Positions 26,916 to 40,160 of a stretch of DNA of 64,000 bases are shown piece by piece. Below the pieces are notes generated by a model, which worked only from the letters and a program-made list of their open reading frames with translations, was not told where the DNA came from and made no database searches. The stretch comes from the human T2T-CHM13v2.0 reference genome, Homo sapiens, in NCBI RefSeq assembly GCF_009914755.1, contig NC_060926.1; one strand, given 5' to 3'. Position numbers and translations under genes: made by a program. Each line of letters starts with the position of its first letter. Position 1 is the first letter of the stretch.

Positions 26916-29396
26916 TTGTGAAACACAGCTGAAGCAGTGCTGAGAAAATAATTTATAGCACTAAATGCATACATTAGAAAAGAAGAGTTTCAAATTAATG
27001 ATCTAAGTTTCCACCTAAGGAAGCTAGAAAAAGAAGAGAGAAAAAAGCAAGCAGAAGGGAAAAATAAACATAAAAGTGGAACCAATAAAATTGAAAATAG
27101 AAAAACAATAGGGAGAGGAATGATGTCAGCAAGATGGAGAAGTAAGAGATAACAGCCTCCCTCCTCTAACAAAAAATAATAATTAAACAGCTATCCAAGG
27201 ATAAAAATAGCCCTGAGAGGGCTCAAATGTCCGTTTAAAAACTACAGCAATACAGTGGAGCAAAAAAAGATAATAACCATACAGAAAAGATTGCTAAGGA
27301 GATTAGCTAATTAGAGACATCTGGAGATGGCTGGGAGTAAAGGCAAGGCATAGGGGCTATCTTTATCAGCCATGCTGCAGGTGCCATTGTAACCCCAAGT
27401 GGCCTGCTCAATGGAGGACTCCAGCAACCTTTGCTGCTCAGGAACTCAATAGCCCTGATGACAGCCACAGACTCTGTGCAGCTTTCACTGTGGAGAACCC
27501 TGTAGTGTTCATTGGTGCCAACCCCAGCATCCTGCTCTGCAGAGGACACTGGCATCTTTCATTATTGAGATAATGAACAGTCATTGCTGCCACAGACTCC
27601 CCAGAGAGAGAGATACTGCTGAGCACCCCCACAAAAGGATAGGCTGTTATGTATGTTGAGGACCCCTGCAATCGTTACTGATGATGATCTCAGCTGACAG
27701 AGCTGCACAGATATTACACCACTGTTCCTTCTATAGAGCTGAAACCATCATCCCATTCTTCCAGTGCCCTTGCACCAGCACAGCACCGCCTTGTTGAAGG
27801 TCTTTCCCCACAAAAACCAATTTGTAAAATCTGGAAGAAAGGCTTGCTCCATAAAATACACAGATATCAACATGAGAACAACAACAACAACAAAAATAGT
27901 GGAAACATACACAGACATCAACATGAGAACAAAAAAGAGGAAACACAATACCACCAGAGGAACACAATAATTTTACAAGAACCAATGCCAAAGAAATAAA
28001 GACCTACAAACTGCCAAACAAAGAATACAAAATAATTGTTTAAAGGAAGTTCAGTAAGCTATACCAGAACACAGATAGACAACTCAATGCAATCAGGAAA
28101 ACAATATACGAGCAAAACGAGAAGTTCAACAGACAGATAGAAATTATAAAAAAGAAACAGAAATACTGGAGCTGAAGAATGCAATGAATAAAATGCAAAA
28201 TGAAACAGAGAGCATCAACAGCAGACTTGAACAAGTGGAGGGGAAAAAGTATAAACTCAAAGACAGGTCATTTGAAATTATCCAGTTAGGGAAATAAAAA
28301 AGGAAATTTTTAAAAGTGAAGAAAATATATTTGAATTATAGGACACCAAAAAGCAGCCCAATGTATACATTATGGGAGTTGCAGAAGGAGAAGAGAGAGA
28401 GAGCAAAGCATGCAGAAAGCTTATTGAAAGAAATAATGTCTGAAAACTTCCCAAGTCTGGGGATATGTATGGATATATAGGAATATGAAGCTCATAGATC
28501 CCCATACAGATTCAATCCAAAGAGGACTTCACCAAAACACATTATAATAAAACTGTCAAAAATCAAAGACAGAGAAAATTTTGAAAGTAGCACGACAAAA
28601 TAAACTCATCTCATACAAGGGAATCTTCATAAGGCTACCAGCAGGCTTCTCAGCAGAAACCTTATAGGCCAGGAGAGAGTGAGATATATTCAAAGTCCTG
28701 AAAGAAAAAAATCTGCCAATCAAAAATATTTTACCCTGCAAAGCTGTCCTTCAGCAATGAATGAGAGAGAAAGACATTCCCAGACAAACAAAAGCTGAGG
28801 GAATTCATTACCACTAGACCTTCCATGTAAGAAATACTGAAGGGAGTTATTCAAGCTAAAATGAAAAGACACTAATAGAAACATGAAAACATAAGAAAGT
28901 ATGAAACTGACTGGTAAAGATAAATATATAGTCAAATTCAGAATGTGCTAATTATTGTAATAGTATAAAGGTTTAAAGACAAAAGCATTAAAAATAACTA
29001 AAGCTACATTAATTTGTTCATTGATACATAATATAAAAACAAAAAATGTAAATTATGACATCAAAAATATAAAATGGAGGCGAGTAAAAGAGTAGAGTTT
29101 TTGTATGCAGTTGAAGTTCAGTTAATATCAACTTAAAATAGATTGTTATAATTATATAATATTTTATGGAAGCCGCATGGTAACAACAAAGTACAAATCT
29201 ATAGTAGACACACAAAAGATAAACAGAAAAAAATCAAAGCATTCCACTATGGAAAAACCATCAAACCACAAAGGAAGACAGGAAAGAAGGAAGAAAGGAA
29301 CAAAGGAACTAAAAACAGCCAGAAAACAATTAACAAGATGGTAATAGTAAGTCCTTACCTATAAACAATTATTTTTTATTTAAATGGGTTAAATTC

Positions 29397-29686
<290 letters not shown>

Positions 29687-32054
29687 TTAAATCCCCCAGT
29701 CAACTAGCAAACATAGAGTGCCTGAGTAGACAAAAACAAAAACAAAAAAGATACAACTATATGCTACCTACAAGAGACTCACTTCAACTTTAAGAAAACA
29801 CATAGGCTGAAAAAGTGAAGGAATTGAAAAAGATAGTCCATGCAAATGGAAACTGAAAGAGAGCAGGGATAGCTATACTTATATCAAACAAAATAAACTA
29901 TAAGTCAAAATAATGATAAAGGGGTCAATTCATCAAGAGGATATAACAATTGTAAATATGCACCCAGTATTGGAACACACAAATATATTAAGCCAATATT
30001 AAAGGCCTAAAGGGAGAAATCTATGGCAATACAATAATAGTAGAAACTTTAACATCTCATTTTCAAAATGGACAGTCATCCAAGCAGAAAATCCATAAGG
30101 AAATATTGTACTTGAACTACAATTTAGATCAAATGTACCTAACAGACATATCCAGAACATTCCATCCAATGGCAGCAGAATATACATTCATCTCAAGCAC
30201 ACATGGAACATTCTCCAGGGTAGATCATATGTCAGGCTACAAAACAAGTCTTAACAAATTTAAGAAGCTGAAAAATTTACAAATATGTTAAAATTAAACA
30301 ACACACTCCAGAACAATCAATGGATAAAAGAAGAAATCAAAAGGGAAATTTAAAAATATCTTGAGTCAAATAAAAATGAAAACACAACATACCAAAACTT
30401 ATGGAATGTAACAAAATAAATAACCTAATGTTATACCTTAAGGAACTAAAAAAGGATAAACTAAGTGCAAAGTTATCAGAAGAAAGAAAATAAGATCAGA
30501 GCAGAAATAAGTGAAATAGAGAGTAGAAAAGCAATAGAAAAGATCAATGGTACTAAGAGCTGGTTTCTTGAGAAGATAAAGAAAACTGACAAACATTTAG
30601 CTAAATTAAGTAAGAAAAACAGAGAAGACTTGAATAAAGAAAATCATAAACAGGGGACATTACAACTGCTACTCCATAAATACAAAGGATCATAGGCAAC
30701 TACTATAAATAATTATACATCAGTAAATTGGATAACCTAGAAGAAATGTATAAATTCCTAGAAACATACAAACTACCAAGACTGGAACATGAAGAAATAG
30801 AAAATCTGAATAGACATAAATAATAAGAACATTGAATCAGTAATCAAAAATCTCCCAAAAAAGAAAAGACCAGGAACAGTAGCTTTACTGGCAAATTCTA
30901 CCAAATGTTCAAAGAAGAATTAATGCCAATCTTTCTCAAACTCTTCCAGAAAATTGAAGAGGAGAGAACACTTCCAACCTCATTTTATGAAGCCAGCATT
31001 ACCTTAATACCTAAACCAGATGAGGATACTGTAAAAAAGAAAATTAGAGGTCAATATCCCTGATGAACACAGATGCAAAAATTCTCAACAAAATACTAGC
31101 AAATTGAATTCAATAGCACATTAAAAGAATCAAACACCATAATCAAGTGAGATGCAAGGATGGTTCAATAGACACAAATCAATAAAGATGATACACCAGA
31201 TTAACAGAATAAAGGATAAAAATTATATGATCATCTCAATAGATGCAGAAAAAGCATTTTTAAAAATCAACATGTTTCATGATAAAAACTCTTAACAAAT
31301 TAGGCACATAAGTAATGTATTTCAACATAATAAAGGCCGTATATGACAAGCTCCCAGCTAATATCATTTCAACGGTGAAAATCTGAAAGGTTTTCCTCTA
31401 AGAAGTAGAACAAGACAGACAAGGATGTCCTCTCTTGCCGCTTCTATTTAACATAGTACTGGAAGTCCTAGCCAGAGCAATTAGGGAAGAAAAACAGATC
31501 AAAGGTATCTACATTGGAAAGGAAGAAGTAAAATTGCTGTTTGCAGATGATATGGTCTTGTACATAGAAAATCCTAAAGACTTCACCAAAAATTGGTTAG
31601 AAGTAATCAACAAATGAAATATAATATCAGGATAGAAAATCAACATATTAATATCAGTTGTATCAGTTTCTACATTTCAACAAGGAACTATCCAAAAAAC
31701 AAATCAAGAAAACAATCCCATTTACAATAGCATCAAAAAAATTAATGTATTTGGGAATAATTTTAACTATGGAGGTAAAAGCTCTGTACACTGAAAACTA
31801 CAAAACGTTGACGATGACATTGAAGACATAAACAAATGGAAAGATATCCCATGTTCATGGATTGGAAGAATATTGTTAAAATGTCCATACTATCCAAAGT
31901 GATCAATAGATTCAATACAATCTTTGTCAAAATTTTATCATCATTTTTCATAGAAATAGTAAAAACAATATTAAAATTTGGATGGAACCACAAAGGACCC
32001 AAAACACCCAAAGCAATCTTGAGAAAAAACAAAGCTGGTGGCATCACACTTCCT

Positions 32055-32267
32055 TTATTTTTTTGACACAGATTCTCACTCTGTCGCCCAGACTGGAGGG
32101 CAATGTGAAATGTTGCAATCATGGCTCACTGCAGGCTCAATCTCTGTGCTCAAGACATCCTCCTATCTCAGCCTCCCATGTATCTGGGACTACAGGTACA
32201 TACCACATGCCTGGCTAATCTTTTTTCACTTTTTGTAGAGACAGGGTCTCAATATGTTGTCCAGGCT
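32055..32267 (-). mobile_element. 5'-truncated Alu with TSD GGCATCACACTTC
   Basis: Reverse Alu bounded by a duplicated L1 target. Confidence 0.85.
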
Positions 32268-32688
32268 GGCATCACACTTCTTAATTTCAAACTACATTAC
32301 AAATAGTAATAAAACAGTACAATACTGGCCTAAAAACAGACACACCAAGCAATTGAACAGAATACAGAGCCCAGAAATAAACCCACACATGTACAGTCGA
32401 CCAGTCTTTGACAAGGGCTTCAAGAATACACAATGAAGAAAGATAATATCTTCAAAAAACAGTGTTGGGAAACAGGATATCCACATGCAAGGAAATGAAA
32501 CTGTATCCCCACTTTACATCACTTCCAAAAATTAACTCAAATTGGATTTAACATTTAAGTGTAAAACTCGAAATTGTAAAACTCCTAGAAGAAAAAGAGA
32601 AAAGCTCCTTGACATTAGTCTTGGCAGTGATATTTTGGCTATGACACGAAAGGCACAGGCAGTAAAAGCAAAAACAAACAAGAGTGGC

Positions 32689-33020
32689 GGCTGGGCGCGG
32701 TAGCTCATGCCTGTAATCCCAGAACTTTGGTAGGCCAAAGAGGGTGGATCATGAGGTCAGGAGTTCAAGACCAGCCTGGCCAAGATGGTGAAACCCCACC
32801 TCTACTAAAAATACAAAAAATTAGCTGGGCATGGTGGCACGTGCCTTTAATCCCAGCTACTCAGGAGGCTGAGGCAGAGAATTGCTTAAACCTGGGAGAT
32901 GGGGGTTGCAGTGAGCCGAGATCATGCCACTGCACTCCAGCCTAGGTGACAGAGAAAGACTCCGTCTCACAAAAAAAAAGAAAAAACAAAAAAACAAAAA
33001 CAAAGAAACAAACAAAAAAA
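32689..33020 (+). mobile_element. AluS with long A-rich tail
   Basis: Alu dimer; AGTGGC repeated on both flanks. Confidence 0.9.
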
Positions 33021-33915
33021 ACCAGTGGCTACAACAGAAAAAAAAAAAAAAAAAGCTTTTGCACAGCAAACTAAACAATCAACAAAATGGAAAGGCAACC
33101 TACAGAATGGGAGAAAATATATCTGATATAAGGGACTAACAACTAAAATGTATAAGGAACTCATACAGCTCAATAGCAAAACAAACAGACAAACAAAAAA
33201 ACAATAAATACACAAATAATCTGGTTTCAAAATGGGCAAAAGACCTGAATGAATATTTTTCCAAGAAGATACACAAATGGCCAGCAGATACAGGAAAGGG
33301 TACTAAACATCACTAACCATCAGGGAAATGCAAATCAAAACCACAATGAGAGATAATCTCACATCTGTTAGGATGTCTCTAATAAAAAATATCAAAAGAT
33401 ACCAAGCGTTGGCAAAAATGTGGATAAATGAAAACTGTCTCAAATTTTTGGTGGGAATGTAAATTGGTATAGCTACTATAGAAAACAGTATGGAGGTTCC
33501 TTACAAAACTAAAAATAAAACTTCTATATAATCCAGCAATCCCAAGTCTGAGTATAGCTCTGAAGTCACGGAAATCAGTATCTTAAAGAGATATCTACAC
33601 TCTCATGTTCATTGGATGGATGAACATTGGATTGGATTTTATCAATGGATAAAAAATGTGTTATGTATGTACAATAGAATATTATTGAGTCATAAAATGA
33701 AGGAAATACTGCCATTGTGATCTCATAGAAACAGAGTAGAATGGTGGTTGCCATGGACTGGAGCTGTGGGAAATGAAGAGATGGTGGGCAAAGGGTGCAA
33801 ACCTTCAGTAATAAGATGAATACAATTTGAGGTTCTAATGTACAGTGTGAGAATTATACTTAAAAATATTGTTCTGTATACTTGAAATTTGCTATGAGAG
33901 TACATCTTAAGCATT

Positions 33916-33967
33916 CTCTCTCTCTCATTCTCTCTCTCTCTCTCACATACACACACACACACACACA
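33916..33967. repeat. (CT)n(CA)n microsatellite
   Basis: Directly visible. Confidence 0.9.
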
Positions 33968-34125
33968 TCCAAGGTATCTATGTGAGGCGATGATTATGTT
34001 AATTAACTTCATTGTGGTAATCATTTCACAATCTATACATATATCAAATCATCATCTTGTACACTTTAAATATATACAATTTTATCAATTATACCTCAAT
34101 AAAGCTTTTAAAAAATGAAAAAGTG

Positions 34126-34427
34126 GGCTGGGTGTAGTGACTCTCAGTTGTAATCCCAACACTTTGGAAGGCAGAAGCAGGAGGATTGCTTGAGGCCTGG
34201 ATTATGAGACCAGTCTGGGCAATATAGTGAGACTCTGTCTCTATAAAATTTAAAAAATTGACTAGGTATGGTTGTACATGCCTGTAGTCCTAGCTAATCA
34301 GGAGGCTGAGGTGGGAGGATCACTTGAGCCCAGGAGTTTGAGGTTGCAGTGAGTCGTGATTACACCACTGCACTCCAGCCTGGGTGACAGAGGGAGCTTC
34401 TGTCTCGAAAAAAAGAAAAAAAAAAAG
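34126..34427 (+). mobile_element. AluJ-like at the tail of the nested L1
   Basis: Alu dimer with A tail. Confidence 0.88.
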
Positions 34428-34742
34428 GAAAAAATCAATGAAACAAAGAACTGTTTCCTTGAAAACATTAGTAATGTTGACACACCTCTAGGGTGGCTGA
34501 AAAGAAAAAACAGAGAGAAGACACAAATTAGTAATATCAAGAAGAAAACAGGGATATCATTATAGAACCTGCATACACTCAAAGAATAATAAGGGAATAT
34601 TAAGAACAATTCTATGTTCAGAAATTTGGCAACTTAGGTGAAATGAATCAATTTCTTAAAAAACACAATTCATCCAATATGAAATAGAGAATTTGAAACA
34701 TTGTATAGCTACTAAGTAAACTGAATTCATAATTCAAAATCC

Positions 34743-35062
34743 TCTGTTGCCCAGGTTGGAGTGCAGTGGAGTGAACCTAGGAGGCGGAGGTTACAGTGAG
34801 CCAAGTTGCACCACTGCACTCCAGCCTGGGTGACAGAGTGAGACTCCATCTCAAAAAAAAGAGATCCTCCTGCTTCAGCCTTTCAAGTAGCTAAGATTAC
34901 AAACATGCGCCATCATGCTTGGCTAATTTAAAAAATAATTTTGTGGAGACAGGGTCTACTGTGTTGCCCAGGCTGATCTATCAAACTCCTGGCCTCAAGC
35001 AACTCTCCTGCCTCAGCCTCCCAAAGTGCTGGGATTACAGGTGTGCGCAACCTAACCTGGCC
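34743..35062 (-). mobile_element. Rearranged AluJ (minus) containing a plus-strand Alu 3' fragment (34773-34860)
   Basis: Orientation switches twice inside the element. Confidence 0.8.
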
Positions 35063-35290
35063 TAGAAGTTTATTTCTTATAGTTCTAGAGGTTGAGGAGT
35101 CTAAGATCAAGGTGAGAGGGGCACACTGAGAGTCAAACTGGCTTTTATAACAGACCCATTCTTATGTTAACTAACCCACTACCATGGTAACCCACTAATC
35201 CATGGCAAGTCCTCACTTCTTAATACTGTTACATTGGGGATTAAATTTCAACATGAGTTTCACAGGACAAAAACATTTAAATCATAGCAG
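35063..35290 (-). mobile_element. MaLR LTR fragment (MLT1A/MST-like)
   Basis: TTTATTTCTTATAGTTCTAGAGG...TTTCAACATGAGTTT...CATAGCA. Confidence 0.6.
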
Positions 35291-35611
35291 AAGATATGCA
35301 GGTGTCAAGAACATATAAAGGTATTTAACATCATTAGCCATTAGAGATACAAATTAAAACCATGATGAGTTATTACTACAAACGTAACAAAATGGCTTAA
35401 ATAAAAAATAGTGACAAAACCAGATGCTGTCAAAAATGTGGAGAAACTAGATCACTCACACATTGCTGGTAGGAAAGTAAAACGGTACAGTCATTATGGA
35501 AAACATTATGGAAACAATACTGCAGTTTATTGAAAAATTAAACATGCAACCTCCATATCACCCTGAAGTTGCATTCTTGGGCGCTTATTCCAGAGAGATC
35601 AAGATTTAATG

Positions 35612-35924
<313 letters not shown>

Positions 35925-35956
35925 AGATTTAATGTTAATATACAAACCTGCACATG

Positions 35957-36133
35957 AAAAATTAGCTGCATGTAGCAGTGTTCCCCTGTAGTCCCAGCTA
36001 TTCAGTTGGCAGTGGCAGGAGGATTGCTTAAGCCTGGCAGGTTGAGGCAGCAGTGAGCTGTGATCACATCACTGCACTCCACCCTGGGCAAAAGAGTGAG
36101 ACTCTCTGAAAAACACAAAACAAAACCAAACAA
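35957..36133 (+). mobile_element. Alu right-arm monomer
   Basis: AAAATTAGC...GAGACTCT; flanks AA(A/C)CCTGCA(C/A)ATGA. Confidence 0.8.
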
Positions 36134-38820
36134 AACCCTGCAAATGAGTGTTTATATAGTTTTCTTTATAATGGTCCAAAACTTGAACAAACTTAGATGT
36201 CCTTCACCAGGTGAATAATTGGTTTAACATATTGTGGCACATCCATGCCATGGAATACTACTTGACAATAAAAAGAAATAAAATATTTTGTTTGTATTTT
36301 TGTGGGTACATAGTAAGTGTATATATTTATCAGGAATATGAGATGTTTTGATACAGGAATGCAATGCGTAATAATCACATCATGGAGAGTAGGGTATCCA
36401 TCCCCTCAAGCATTCATTTTTTGTGTTACAAAAAATCCAATTATACTTTTTTAGTTATTTTTAAATGTACAATTAAATTATTATCGACTATAGTCACCCT
36501 GCTGTGCAATCAAATGCTAGGTCTTATTCATGCTTTCGAACTATTTTTTGTACCCGTTAACCATCCCCATCTTCCTCCTAACCTCCTACTAACCTTCCCA
36601 GTCCCTAGTAAACATCTTTCTACTCTATCTCCATGAATTCAGTTGATTTGATTTTTAGATCCCACAAATAAATGAGAACATGGGATGGTTGTCTTTCTGT
36701 GCCTGCCTTTTTTCACTTAACATAATGATCTTTGGTTCCATCCATGTTGTTCCAAATGACAGGATTTCATTCTTTTTATAGCTAAATAGTACTCCATTGT
36801 GTATATGTACCACATTTTATTTATCCATTCATCTGTTGAGGGACACTCGGGTTGCTTCCAAATCTTGGCTATTGTGAACAGTGCTACAATAAACATGAGA
36901 GTGCAGATATCTCTTCAATATGCTGATTTCCTTTCTTTTGAGTATATACCCAGCTCTATATTTAGATGTTTGAGGAACCTCCAAACTGTTCTCCATAGTA
37001 GTTGTACTAATTTCATTTTCATCAACAGTGTATGAGGATTCCCTTTTCTCCACATCCTTGCCAGCATTTCTTATTGCCTGTCTTTTGGATATAAACCATT
37101 TTAACTGGGGTGAGATGATATCTCACTGTAGTTTTGTTTTGCATTTTGCTGATGATCAGTGATATTGGGCACTTTTTCATATGCCTGTTTGTTGTTTGCA
37201 TGTCTTCTTTTGAGAAATGTCTCTGCACATCTTTTGCCCATTTTTTGGATTGGATTACTAGATTTTTCCCTATAGAGTTGTTTGAGCTCCTTACTTATTC
37301 TGGTTATTAATCCCTTGTCAGATGGGCAGCTTGCAAATATTTTCTCCCATTCTAGTAGTTGTCTCTTCACTTTATTGATTGTTTCCATTTCTGTGCAAAG
37401 TCTTTTTAACTTCATGTGATCCCATTTGTCCATTTTTGCTTTGGTTGCCTGTGCTTGTGGGGTATTACTCAAGAAATTTTTGCCTACACCAATGTCGTGG
37501 AGACTTTCCCCAATATTTTTTTAGTAGTTTCATAGTTTCAGATCTTAGATTTAAGTCTTTAATCCACTTTTATTTGATTTTTGTTTATGGTGAGAGATAG
37601 AGGTCTAGTTTCTTTCTTCTGCATATGAATATGCATTTTTCCCAGCACCATTTATTGAAGAGACTTTTTCCCAATATATGTTCTTGGCACCTTTGTTGAA
37701 AATGAGTTCATATGGGGATTTGTTTCTGGACTCTCTATTCTGTTCCACTGGTTTATATGTCTGTTTTTATGCCAGTCCCGTGCTGTTTTGTTTACTATAG
37801 CGCTGTAGTATAATTTTTTTTCTTACCCTATCTTGATGTGGTATAATTTGAAGTTGGGTAACGTAATTCCTCCAGTTTTGTTATTTTTGCTTGGGATAGA
37901 TTTGATTAGTGTGGGTTTTTGTGGTTTATATACATTTTAGAATTGTTGTTTCTGTTTTTGCGAAGAATGCCATTAGCATTTTGATAAGGATTGCATTGAA
38001 TTTGTAGATTGCTTTGGGTAGTATGGACATTTAACAATACTGATTCTTCCAATCCATGAACATGAAGTATCTTTTCTTTCTTTTTTTTTTTTTTGGTGTC
38101 ATCACTATTTTAGAATTTTCATTATAGAGATCTTTCACTTCTTTGGAAAATTCCTAGGGATTTTATTTTATTTGTGGCTATTGTAAATGGGATTAGTATT
38201 TTGATTTCTTTTTCAGATTGCTTGCTGTTAACATACAGTAATGCTACTGATTTTTGTATGTTGATTTTTGTATCCTTCAACTTTACTGAGTTTGTTTATC
38301 TTGTAACAGTTTTTGTGTGCATATGTCTGTGTGTGTGTGGAGTCTTTAGGTTTTTCCAAATATAGGATCATATCATCTTCAAACAATGATAATTTTACTT
38401 CTTCCTTTCCATTTTGGAGACCCTTTATTTCCTTCTCTTCTCTGATTGCTGTAGCTAGGACTTCCAGTAATATGTTTAATAACAGTGACAAAAGTGGGCA
38501 TCCTTGTTGTGTTGCAGATCTGAGAGAAAAGGCTTTCAGTTTTTCCCCATTTAGTATGATACTAGCTGTGGGTCTGTTATATATGGCTTCTATTATGTTG
38601 AGGTTATGTTCCTTCTATACTCAGTTTTTTGAGGTTTTTCTTTTATCATGAAGGGATGTTGAATTTTATCAAATGCTTTTTTTGGCATCTGTTGAAATGA
38701 TCATATGGTTTTAGGCTTTCATTCTGTTGGTATGATGTATCATATTCATAGACTTGTGTATGTTCAACAATCCTTGCATTCCTGGGATAAATCCAACTTG
38801 GTCATGATGAATGATCTTTT

Positions 38821-39686
38821 CTTCATGCTATATTATCTTTAATTAAGTACAAAAAGCTTTCTAACATGTCTCTAGAGACCATTTCACCCACTTCTCTGTT
38901 TGGCTGCCAGTCTCTCGTCTCTCTCTTCAGCAATGGTGAGGCAGATACCCTTTCCTCAGGGAGGAGAAGTTCATGGTTTGTTGCTCTTGCCAATAACAAA
39001 AATGTTGGAAAGGTGGGTGACAAATCTGTTGCCACTGGCATCTTTCACATGAACCACATGAAAAGATCCAGGATGTCTCTCCCTGGTTATTCTTCCCAGG
39101 TTAGCACCCCTCAGTCACCATACACAGGTTACCAATGTTGAACTTGATAAAATCAGTAATCTTGCCAGTCTCCAAACCAATCTGAATCTGTTACTCACCT
39201 TGATGAGGGGATCAGGGTAGTGGATAGTGTGAACATCATGAATCACCAGATGAGGAATTCCTTTTGTACCCACAAAGATTTTTCTCACTTTGCACAACTT
39301 GTACTTAGCCTCCTCAGATGTAATATGATGAACAGCAGAGTGACCCTTGGTGTCATAGATCAGACGGACATTCTCTCCAGTCTTGTCAATGCTGATGACA
39401 TCCATGAATCCAAGCAGGGTAGGTTACATCAGTTTGGACCTTGCCATTGATCTTAATAAACCACTGCATGCAAATCTTCTTTACTTCATCTCCTGTCAAG
39501 GCATACTTAAGTCTGTTCCTTAGGAAAATGATGACAGGGAGGTACTTTCTCAACTTGTGGGAACCAGTGGATGGATGAGGAGTAAACACACCAATCAATT
39601 TATCCAGCATCCAATGCTTTGGAGCTGGTACTCACTTCAGATGCTTCTTAGGACCAAAGCCATGGTTGTGCTAGGCATAGAAAGAG
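38821..39686 (-). pseudogene. RPS4XP5: RPS4X processed pseudogene (CDS remnant 39663-38884)
   Basis: Peptides [29 protein letters not shown] and [12 protein letters not shown]..; frameshifts and stops; 5' CTCTTTCT TOP; ATTAAA; perfect 16-bp TSD TGATGAATGATCTTTT. Paralog number is from memory. Confidence 0.95.
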
Positions 39687-39861
39687 TGATGAATGATCTT
39701 TTTAATCTGGTTTGTTAGTATTTTGTTGAGAATTTTTGCATCAATGTTCATCAGGGATATTGGCCTATAGTTTTATTTTTTGATGTATCTTTGTCTGGTT
39801 TTGGTATCACGGTAATACTGGCCTCACAGAATGAATGTGCAAGTATTTCTTTCTCCTCTAC

Positions 39862-40160
39862 TTTTTTTTTTTTTTTTTTTTGAGACAGAGTCTTGCTCTG
39901 TCACCCAGGCTGGAATGCAGTGGCGCAATCTCAGCTCATTGCAACCTCCGCCTCCTGGGTTCAAGCAATTCTCTGCCTCAGGTTCCCGAGTAGCTGGGAT
40001 TACAGGCACCTGCCACCATGCCCAGCTAATTTTTGTATTCTTAGTAGAGACAGGGTTTCACCATGTTGGCCAGGCTGGTCTTGAACTCCTGACCTCGTGA
40101 TCCACCCACCTCGGCCTCCCAAAGTGCTGGGATTACAGGCGTGAGCCACCGTGCCCGGCC
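39862..40160 (-). mobile_element. AluS
   Basis: Reverse Alu; TSD TTCTCCTCTA. Confidence 0.93.

Noticed and set aside
27858-27946. ~50-bp tandem duplication TACACAGA(T/C)ATCAACATGAGAACAA
   Set aside because: Ordinary local slippage inside an L1.
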